Positions 1 to 6,910 of a stretch of DNA of 32,000 nucleotides are shown one piece after another. A program made the translations under genes and the position numbers. Numbering within the stretch: position 1 is the first letter of the stretch; every line of letters starts with the position of its first letter. Below the pieces are notes generated by a model that did no database searches, was not told the origin of the DNA, and saw nothing but the letters and a program-made list of their open reading frames with translations. Source of the DNA: Oscillospiraceae bacterium (GTDB lineage Bacteria; Bacillota; Clostridia; Oscillospirales; Oscillospiraceae); assembly GCA_902778665.1 (NCBI GenBank), contig CACYYN010000022.1, positions 14,614 to 46,613 of the forward strand, written 5' to 3'.

Positions 1-342
1 CTCATAGTTGCTCTGCAGCTCTTCTATGCAAAACTGGCACTGGGCAGCCTCGTCTGAAATCGATACCCCCAGGCTTCGTGTCATTGTGTACAGTTTGTCT
101 TTCCGATCAGAGGCGGTCCACTGGCACAGCCCATAACCATATCCATCTGACATAAACTGCCACCTGGTCATCATCCCATTATCTACGTTATAGGTGTAGT
201 CTTTGTCGCCCATGGGACAGTTATCCTGGACGTTATTACTTCTCAGCCCAGATTCTGCGAACATATTGCCCATGACACCACATGCTCCAGCTGGCGACAG
301 GCCTTTGGTCCGCAAGGCCGTGTAAATGCTTAATTCACTCAT
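1..342 (-). CDS. Endolysin / peptidoglycan hydrolase, N-terminal part. The C-terminus runs off the window edge.
   Basis: The minus-strand ATG is at 340-342, preceded by GAGAGGAGGAAGT. My translation, MSELSIYTALRTKGLSPAGACGVMGNMFAESGLRSNNVQDNCPMG..., carries the GNxxxESG signature of phage-tail-lysozyme-type domains. It is absent from the ORF track because it is truncated by the edge. Confidence 0.65.
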   Translation of the reverse strand, partial: MSELSIYTALRTKGLSPAGACGVMGNMFAESGLRSNNVQDNCPMGDKDYTYNVDNGMMTRWQFMSDGYGYGLCQWTASDRKDKLYTMTRSLGVSISDEAAQCQFCIEELQSNYE

Positions 343-365
343 ACTTCCTCCTCTCGGATATATAT

Positions 366-393
366 GCGGGCATCTTGAGCAGTTGATGCCCGC
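366..393. repeat. Perfect 9-bp stem hairpin (gcgggcatc / gatgcccgc, 10-nt loop) just upstream of the lysin start
   Basis: The inverted repeat was read directly from the sequence. There is no clear U-run on either strand. Confidence 0.5.
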
Positions 394-492
394 CCGGTTG
401 CATGGCATTGTTATTTAGTAATATTTTTTAATTGTTTGAAAGGGAGACTTTCACCTCACTTTCGTTCCCTGCCGTATTGCTGATGTTTCTCT

Positions 493-527
493 GCAACGTG
501 CATCTTTCGCTTGAAAATGCACGTTGC
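493..527. repeat. Perfect 11-bp inverted repeat (gcaacgtgcat / atgcacgttgc) whose loop contains a TTGAAA -35-like hexamer
   Basis: Read directly from the sequence. It lies ~130 bp upstream of the RHH gene start, so it may be an operator or promoter element (TTGAAA-17-CTTATT with a TG extension, weak). Confidence 0.4.
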
Positions 528-659
528 TTCTGGCTTATTGATTACCGTTGAATTCCTGTCGCGTTGTTACTTTTTGCCATAGTTTAATGTCGTGACTTGT
601 AGTGCCTTTATTTTGCCTTTTTGCCGTGACTGTGGTATTCTTTCCTCGGAGGTGTTGTC

Positions 660-854
660 ATGGCAGAACGCAATCCTACCAGAGGCCTCCCCCGCATGGG
701 GCAACCGCATCCAGAGCCTTGCGCCAGAATGAGTATCGCCGTCTCACAGGAAGTCTTTGATTGTCTTGAGAAATACTGTACCGATGACGAACGCTCTAAA
801 TCTTGGTGCGTCGAAAAGACTTTGAAGATGTGGCTTGAGTCCAAGTGGTACTGA
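660..854 (+). CDS. Small ribbon-helix-helix (CopG/Arc-like) DNA-binding protein, 64 aa
   Basis: GGAGGTG lies 5 nt upstream of the ATG. After a Pro-rich N-terminal tail, the pattern RMSIAVSQEVFDCLEKYC...SKSWCVEKTLKMWLE fits a strand-helix-helix layout. The fold assignment is inference only. Confidence 0.55.
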   Translation: MAERNPTRGLPRMGQPHPEPCARMSIAVSQEVFDCLEKYCTDDERSKSWCVEKTLKMWLESKWY

Positions 855-896
855 GATTCGCAGTACCCCATTTCATTACGGAAGGAGGTGAAATTA

Positions 897-1457
897 ATGA
901 CAGGTGTTATTCCAAATCCAAATCTGCCGCACAGCCAGCAAACGAATCATTCTGTTTTTACCATTACGCACGTTGGGGCAATAGATGACAACTTTGTTAA
1001 TTCCGTTATTAATATTGTCAACTCGTTTCAGACGATGCCAACAGAACTGATTCTTAGTATCAGCAGCGGTGGCGGACAAGTCATGCACGGAATCACTGCA
1101 TACAATTATTTGAAGAAACTTCCATGCGTTTTGCACACGCACAATATGGGCGAAGTCTCTTCAGCTGCAATTCTCCCATACTTGGCAGGTCAAATCCGAA
1201 CAGCTGACGCTGTATCCAAGTTCATGTTCCATCCTTTAACAATTGGGATAAATGCAGAAATGTCTTATCCCAAATTTCAAGAACTTCTTTCGATGCTGGA
1301 CAGAGACATTATCAACTATGCAGCAATAGTAGAAAGAGAAGCCCAGCAGCTCTGCAAAACTCATGATATCATGTCCGTATTAAAACATGATACTCTTGTA
1401 GTGACTGCCGCAGAAGGTCATGAACTTGGGCTTCTCAAAGACCCGGTTGCACTCTGA
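897..1457 (+). CDS. ClpP-fold (S14-like) serine protease, 186 aa
   Basis: GGAAGGAGGTG lies 8 nt upstream of the ATG at 897. SISSGGGQVMHGITAYNYL resembles the ClpP INSPGG motif. GEVSSAAILPYLAG supplies the Ser position, FMFHPL the His position, and KHDTLVVTAAEGHELGLLKD the Asp position plus the C-terminal GL-hydrophobic-D motif. Confidence 0.75.
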   Translation: MTGVIPNPNLPHSQQTNHSVFTITHVGAIDDNFVNSVINIVNSFQTMPTELILSISSGGGQVMHGITAYNYLKKLPCVLHTHNMGEVSSAAILPYLAGQIRTADAVSKFMFHPLTIGINAEMSYPKFQELLSMLDRDIINYAAIVEREAQQLCKTHDIMSVLKHDTLVVTAAEGHELGLLKDPVAL

Positions 1458-1565
1458 TTTGTCATTCTTATTTTCAGACGTGCTAAATTGTGTCCTAACA
1501 GGCTGTTCAATCTTTTTAAGAACAGCCTGAATTTCTTCTTCTGTTCCTTCAATAATCAGCTTCAT
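1380..1565 (-). CDS. Hypothetical 61-aa ORF, possibly a remnant
   Basis: It has a strong RBS (GGAGGT, 5 nt, ATG). However, it overlaps the 3' end of the convergent protease gene by 78 nt and contains the 1499-1529 hairpin. Confidence 0.35.
   Translation of the reverse strand: MKLIIEGTEEEIQAVLKKIEQPVRTQFSTSENKNDKSECNRVFEKPKFMTFCGSHYKSIMF
1499..1529 (+). terminator. 10-bp perfect hairpin (caggctgttc / gaacagcctg) 42 nt after the protease stop
   Basis: The stem was read directly. It is followed by aatttcttcttctgtt, which is only moderately T-rich. Confidence 0.4.
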
Positions 1566-1640
1566 TTCAACCTCCGGAAACGATATATGCTATGGCATTA
1601 ATAATTATTGACGTGACATAATAAAAGATTACTTTAAACT

Positions 1641-1859
1641 TCAATCGGTTGCCGTTTTGTGATGGATAAATTCTTTGTAACCCTCGACACAATCAAGGTT
1701 TTCGTCAGCGATAAAAACTGCGGCAGTGATTACGTCTGCGGCATTCCACAATGTCTGACAAACACCGTGGAACTGCACTTTTGCGGTTTCAATTGCCGTG
1801 ATGCCTTCGGCATGAATCGAGTATACACCGTTGATAACTTTAATAATTGCGTATTTCAT
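1641..1859 (-). CDS. Hypothetical phage protein downstream of the tail fibre, 72 aa
   Basis: GGAGGG lies 6 nt upstream of the ATG, directly after the fibre stop. Confidence 0.6.
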   Translation of the reverse strand: MKYAIIKVINGVYSIHAEGITAIETAKVQFHGVCQTLWNAADVITAAVFIADENLDCVEGYKEFIHHKTATD

Positions 1860-1873
1860 TTTTAGCCCTCCAT

Positions 1874-3637
1874 TTATGCTGTGTAATAATAACGTACTTT
1901 TAGCCCTGTTATAATCTGATTAGGCGCACCAATAACATATGCGCCTTGTGCGGTTATAGATATTGCCGCAACAGGGTCTAATGATGTCCAAGTCAAAAAC
2001 ATTGCCAAAACAACAATTTTATCTTGTGGTGCATATGACGATATATTAGCAAACCCTTGAGCGTTTAATGTTATATCTCCAACAGTTACATCAACATAAC
2101 CACGCATCAAAATATCTGATAATGCGTTATTAGAATATACTAAATTACTGTTTGTATATGTTGCCCCGTTTGCGATGTTATTTATTGCGACATAAAAACC
2201 GTCTGCTAATGTACTGTGTCCCGTCAAATATAACGCAGTGCCGTAATTGATTCGGCTACCGGTATTATTTGTATTACCGTATACCACTAACGCAAGATTA
2301 TTTTCCAAGGAGTTTAAAGAACCCTTTAACTCACTCAGTTCCTCGCCGACAGAATCCGCAGTGTGTGTCGCAAGCGTATCGTCATAGCCGATATTTTCAG
2401 CTGTCAAGGTGCGGTTTGCTGACAGATTCAATCCGTTGATCGTGCGCGTATTTGGGACCTTCCCAGCCTGTAGTTCGTTGGCCGCTTCAGTAAGATTTGT
2501 CGCTGAAAACGTAGAGTCAAGACTTCCAACGCCGACCTTTGCCGAAATAATCCTGTTCTGTACCGGGTTGGCAGAAGTCGTAGACAATGCACTGTCTACA
2601 GCACTGCTCATTCCTCGCCAGTCATAAGTCCCTCCGGCAGTGGAAATGCAGATGTACATGATACCGCCAGTCTTGTCAAAGTACAGCTGGTTGACTTGGC
2701 CGACAGTTGCTGTTGTAGGAGCTCCGTAGTCCTGGATGATCAGCGGAACATCTCCAGCAGATCCGGAAACGCCAATGCCAGCGACAGAGGAAACAGCGCC
2801 GGTCCCGTTGGCACCGTTATAGACCTGGATCTGTGACGTATCACCATCGTTGTATGTGATGGTATACACATCTATCGTTCCGGCAGCATGGGTACCGGAT
2901 GTCTGCGTAAAGGAAACAATGCTGCGGCCGTTCGTCACAGTAAAGGTGTGCGTTTCCCCGTTGCCCATAGTGACGGTATAGGTGTCAACCAGACCAGCCG
3001 TGCTTGTCTTGACAATACTCTCGATCTCGCTGCCATTCGTCACTGTGAAAGTTGTGGTTGTTCCGTTACTCATGGTGACCGTGTAGGTGTCTACCAAACC
3101 GCTGGTCCCGGTCTTCGCAATGCCGGTGATAGATGTGCCGGTGTCTCCAGTATCACCTTTATCACCATATACACCCTGCACCGCCGGCGTCGTTGACGAA
3201 GAGGTCCCATCAGTATATGTGTACCGTGTATAGTGCCACAGATACTTATAGGTTGCCGTCAGTGTTTGCGGTGTTGTCTGCCATGACTGAGGTGTGGTAC
3301 TGCCTGATGTACTTACCGCCCAGTATTCGGTGATGCTTGAAACATTCTCACCATCTCTGACGGTAAGCGTTGATGTTGTGCCGTCGTTGTAGGTAATCGT
3401 GACCGTTGTCACCTTGCCGGATTTACTGGATGTAAGATTACTGATACTCCGTCCGTTCGTGACGGTAAACGTGCTGGTGGTAGCATCAGAGAATGTGATC
3501 GTGTAGGTGTCCACCAGTGCGCTTGTGCCAGTCTTTTCAATTGTCTGGATTCCACCGTGACCATCTGCGAAAGATAGCAGCCAGTTCTCCAAGATCTGCC
3601 CGGTTAGCTTTTTTGCTACTGCACCCTGCTCCAGCAC
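1874..3637 (-). CDS. Tail fibre / receptor-binding protein. The true 5' end is probably near 3700.
   Basis: It contains five ~32-aa repeats of the type KTGTSGLVDTYTVTMSNGTTTTFTVTNG, a short collagen-like GDKGDTGDTG stretch, and a KYLWHYTRYTYTDGT motif. It sits after the other tail genes. Confidence 0.8.
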   Translation of the reverse strand: MLEQGAVAKKLTGQILENWLLSFADGHGGIQTIEKTGTSALVDTYTITFSDATTSTFTVTNGRSISNLTSSKSGKVTTVTITYNDGTTSTLTVRDGENVSSITEYWAVSTSGSTTPQSWQTTPQTLTATYKYLWHYTRYTYTDGTSSSTTPAVQGVYGDKGDTGDTGTSITGIAKTGTSGLVDTYTVTMSNGTTTTFTVTNGSEIESIVKTSTAGLVDTYTVTMGNGETHTFTVTNGRSIVSFTQTSGTHAAGTIDVYTITYNDGDTSQIQVYNGANGTGAVSSVAGIGVSGSAGDVPLIIQDYGAPTTATVGQVNQLYFDKTGGIMYICISTAGGTYDWRGMSSAVDSALSTTSANPVQNRIISAKVGVGSLDSTFSATNLTEAANELQAGKVPNTRTINGLNLSANRTLTAENIGYDDTLATHTADSVGEELSELKGSLNSLENNLALVVYGNTNNTGSRINYGTALYLTGHSTLADGFYVAINNIANGATYTNSNLVYSNNALSDILMRGYVDVTVGDITLNAQGFANISSYAPQDKIVVLAMFLTWTSLDPVAAISITAQGAYVIGAPNQIITGLKVRYYYTA

Positions 3638-3735
3638 AAAAAGGTCCTGTGAGCCGACCTGTGATGCCGCAGTCAGCTCAGATATTGCTTTATCTGCCAG
3701 AAGTCATCACGCTCCTTTATAAGGAATTCCTAAAG

Positions 3736-3954
3736 TCATTTTGTTTCTTTCTGCTCTTTCTTAGAAATGTCCGCCACTTCTTTCGGTGTATTTACAGTGG
3801 TAGAAGATTTCAAAATACTTTCCAAACCAATTTCGATGCCAAGGATAATGTTTATACTGTCGAAACCTTTGATTTCCGTAATATCGCAAAACTGCCGCAC
3901 GGAATTAATCAGCTTCAAGATCTCACTTCGATTTACAATTATGATATCGTCCAT
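3736..3954 (-). CDS. Hypothetical phage protein, 72 aa
   Basis: The ORF is collinear with the tail module. Confidence 0.5.
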   Translation of the reverse strand: MDDIIIVNRSEILKLINSVRQFCDITEIKGFDSINIILGIEIGLESILKSSTTVNTPKEVADISKKEQKETK

Positions 3955-3963
3955 AACTACCCC

Positions 3964-4233
3964 TTAAACAGTTTCAATCAGCGCGACAATTATTGAATTA
4001 TCCGGATGCAGGTCCACTCCCTTGAAGGTAGTAAAGCCACGGTATTCTGCTTTATTATTCATAGTGTCAATAAGGTGAATCAGCAGCGATGTTTCTTCTG
4101 GATTTGTGAATGTGCTCAGAATCGTTGCCATATCCGTCCCTTGTATAGCGAATCGCAATGCAAAATCAATGGTAGATCGCCCACACCACACGATGTCAAA
4201 TTCTTTGCCTGTTGCTGTAATGATTTTTTGCAT
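3964..4233 (-). CDS. Hypothetical phage tail-module protein, 89 aa
   Basis: The ORF is tightly packed between tail genes. Confidence 0.6.
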   Translation of the reverse strand: MQKIITATGKEFDIVWCGRSTIDFALRFAIQGTDMATILSTFTNPEETSLLIHLIDTMNNKAEYRGFTTFKGVDLHPDNSIIVALIETV

Positions 4234-4242
4234 AAAACCTCC

Positions 4243-5721
4243 TCATTGACTATATCTGACGTATCCTTCAGAATAATATAATGGATGCCCGCCAAGAGTT
4301 ACCGCACTCGCCTGCAATACACTGACAATTGCATAGTTAAAATTAGCAGTTCCAGTAAAGTATCCGTTAATTGCTGCGATATTGCTTTGGTTTATTCCAA
4401 CTTGGTCCAATGTCCCAGTGAATGCTGTATTTCCATATGAAACAGTGTAGGTATCAAGATTTCCACTTGTTCCGCCTGTTAAAGTATATGAGGCAACATT
4501 TCCGCCAATAATTGTGCCTGATCCTATCTGCCCGCCATAACCACCAGAAACAGAATACGGAGTTAATCCGGCACCATTAAAAGTTCCATAATTCCCACCA
4601 TACTGGATATTGCCCGCATATACATTCCCAGAAAACGTCCCGCTCGTCGCAGTTAGGTTCCCTCTGCTGTCAACCTGAAATGCATTGCCAATGTTGATTG
4701 ACCCACCAGTAATCGCCAGATTTGTTGCTGTAACCGCTCCGGCAGAAGTGACCTTGAAAGCTCCCTTGCCGATCGATATGCCATCGGTTCCGACATAAAC
4801 ACCATTATGCTGCGTGTCACCGAGGGATGTCATGCCGTTATACATTGCTCTATTGGAAATTGTGAACCCGTTGGACTCATTCCCAATATAGCCGCTTGTC
4901 GCTGTGATTTTCCCTGTAAACTCGCCGTTTCCTTTTACTGTTATGCCGTCTTTATTGGCTTTAAAGACTTCCTGATTGTTGCTTTTGAGGATAAACGCAT
5001 CAGATGTCAACTGCCAGCCGAAGGAAGAATTTGTAAAAGTGTGATCTAACTTTGCGCCCTCAACGCTTGTCGCTCTTCTTACCTCGGCAGAAATACTTTC
5101 TGCGTTTTGGCTGATTGAGCTTCTGAGCGTCCCTTCTGCACTTGTTGCTCTTGAGACCTCGGCAGTGATGCTTTCCGCATTTACTGTAATCCGGCTGCTC
5201 AGTTCTCCTTCAGCGTCTGTTGCTCTCGCGACTTCTGCAGCTATAGCGTCTGCGCTCAAACTGATCCCGGATCTCGTCTGCGCAACCATTCTGGTGTATG
5301 CCCGGTCCGTCTTGGATTCAAAGCCGTATTCGTGTTCGATCTCTTCATCGACAGGAGCAGATACATCAGAAGCCATCAGGCTGTTGAATGTTGTAGCTTG
5401 TACAAATATGCCGGAATATATTCCGTTTACAGTAATGCCGTCGCCAAGTTCAACAGACGGATCTACAAATGCACTGCTTGCTGAAAACGGCTGATACTGA
5501 TAGCCTTTGATCTTTGCAAGAATGGTATTGGCCATCATTTGCGTGCCCCATTCGTTATTGATCTCCAGTGTACGTCCTGTATCGTCACCAGCTTCGTAAA
5601 CGATCTCTGTATCGCCGTCTTCGCTCAGACCGACATGGATAATAACTTTGCTATAAGGTTCAAAAAGCGGTGCCTTCTCGACTGATGCCGCTTTTCTTAG
5701 GATATTTACCGCATCAGACAA
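4243..5721 (-). CDS. Tail fibre / minor structural protein, 492 aa
   Basis: It has repeated SxxAxSIxAEVxRATxAEG heptad-like units and a Gly-rich C-terminal beta-type region. Confidence 0.7.
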   Translation of the reverse strand: MSDAVNILRKAASVEKAPLFEPYSKVIIHVGLSEDGDTEIVYEAGDDTGRTLEINNEWGTQMMANTILAKIKGYQYQPFSASSAFVDPSVELGDGITVNGIYSGIFVQATTFNSLMASDVSAPVDEEIEHEYGFESKTDRAYTRMVAQTRSGISLSADAIAAEVARATDAEGELSSRITVNAESITAEVSRATSAEGTLRSSISQNAESISAEVRRATSVEGAKLDHTFTNSSFGWQLTSDAFILKSNNQEVFKANKDGITVKGNGEFTGKITATSGYIGNESNGFTISNRAMYNGMTSLGDTQHNGVYVGTDGISIGKGAFKVTSAGAVTATNLAITGGSINIGNAFQVDSRGNLTATSGTFSGNVYAGNIQYGGNYGTFNGAGLTPYSVSGGYGGQIGSGTIIGGNVASYTLTGGTSGNLDTYTVSYGNTAFTGTLDQVGINQSNIAAINGYFTGTANFNYAIVSVLQASAVTLGGHPLYYSEGYVRYSQ

Positions 5722-5736
5722 TTGACCACCTCCTCA

Positions 5737-6531
5737 TTATGACGTTTGCCAGATGTTTATTCTGTCTGCTCCGAATACGAGGCGGTTGCCGGCATGATCC
5801 AACAGCAAGCCGGTCTCCGGAGGAAGCTCATTTAACATCACAAGGCGGAGCTCGCCAACATCAGACATAACGAAATTCCCGCCATAAGATGCGGCAATCA
5901 TCCCAAGTACTTCCCTGGATGAATAGCCGATCGGGAGTGGGAATGTATACCCCTCGGTCATTATCGCCCTTGTTCTGGCATCTACTGATACTCCTATTGC
6001 ATTCGCAATATGCTCAACCATAGTAATATCAAGCAGCGGATAATCATGCTGCGAGTCTGACGGATAGTCCATTTCCGTCATCAGCATAGCGTCATATCCG
6101 TGGATAGACATGACTTCAAGCCCTTCGGCTGATGCAGTATGGTCTCTTGTATCGATGAAATAGACGCCCTTCTGGATCCATTCCGAGTGCCTCGTGCCGT
6201 CAGTTGCCCGGACATAAGGCTTGATCATTGCGCGGCGCGGAATTTCTCCCATCGGCCTGATCAGCTGCACATCGATCTCGCTGGCGATTGCATTGCCTAT
6301 CGTAGGAGTATCAGCAAACACCTGTTGATAAGTTTTGCACCCGACCAGCTGGGCCTCACGGTAACCTCCATCAGCTGCACTGGTCGCAACAAGGATCGCA
6401 GTCCCGCCAAAAAGGATCAATTCTTTTTTCTCTGTGATCAGCCTTCCGGATTCGCCTATTGTGACAGAGACCTCATACCAATAGCGAGGGCTTGATATAA
6501 TGTCCTTATAGAGTTGAGTTGTTTCCTGCAT
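5737..6531 (-). CDS. Tail or baseplate-associated protein, 264 aa
   Basis: It is the second gene after the tape measure. I recognised no specific motif. Confidence 0.55.
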   Translation of the reverse strand: MQETTQLYKDIISSPRYWYEVSVTIGESGRLITEKKELILFGGTAILVATSAADGGYREAQLVGCKTYQQVFADTPTIGNAIASEIDVQLIRPMGEIPRRAMIKPYVRATDGTRHSEWIQKGVYFIDTRDHTASAEGLEVMSIHGYDAMLMTEMDYPSDSQHDYPLLDITMVEHIANAIGVSVDARTRAIMTEGYTFPLPIGYSSREVLGMIAASYGGNFVMSDVGELRLVMLNELPPETGLLLDHAGNRLVFGADRINIWQTS

Positions 6532-6533
6532 TG

Positions 6534-6908
6534 CTACAGTTCCTCAAACGTGATCTGCCCCATCTGATTCCATTTCAGGTTTTTATACTGGCACCTGCTA
6601 AGGTACTCAGTTGTTTGCCTGTCGGTAATCATATAAGCGCTTTGATATTCCTGCGCTTGCAGATTGAAGAAGTACACTTCACAAGGCTGCTGGATCAGAG
6701 CATCATATGCTGCTTCTGTTTGAGCTGCCGTCTGCGGATTCAAGCTGAAGGACAAAGCGCTTTTATTTCGGAGCATGACTATGTGGTCAACGCCATCGAT
6801 TGTGGTGATACGTTCTGAGTAGATCGGGATCCGGCTCGTCTGGTAACTGTCCCGCTCAATCATCTCAGTGAAATCAACACCGTTTATAGTCAGTGTATAA
6901 TCAAGCAT
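6534..6908 (-). CDS. Putative distal tail protein (short Dit-like), 124 aa
   Basis: It lies immediately downstream of the tape measure gene. The assignment is from position only. Confidence 0.5.
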   Translation of the reverse strand: MLDYTLTINGVDFTEMIERDSYQTSRIPIYSERITTIDGVDHIVMLRNKSALSFSLNPQTAAQTEAAYDALIQQPCEVYFFNLQAQEYQSAYMITDRQTTEYLSRCQYKNLKWNQMGQITFEEL

Positions 6909-6910
6909 TG

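Noticed and set aside
608-1142. Minus-strand ORFs of 87 aa (608-871) and 82 aa (894-1142).
   Set aside because: They lie antisense to the RHH and protease genes, which have consensus RBSs and recognisable motifs. They have no RBS of their own.
897-1457. The ClpP-like protein might be the phage head-maturation protease, since ClpP-type prohead proteases exist.
   Set aside because: A complete S78/HK97 prohead protease sits between the portal and capsid genes (12835-13482). This gene is on the opposite strand, far from the head module, and is paired with an RHH gene.
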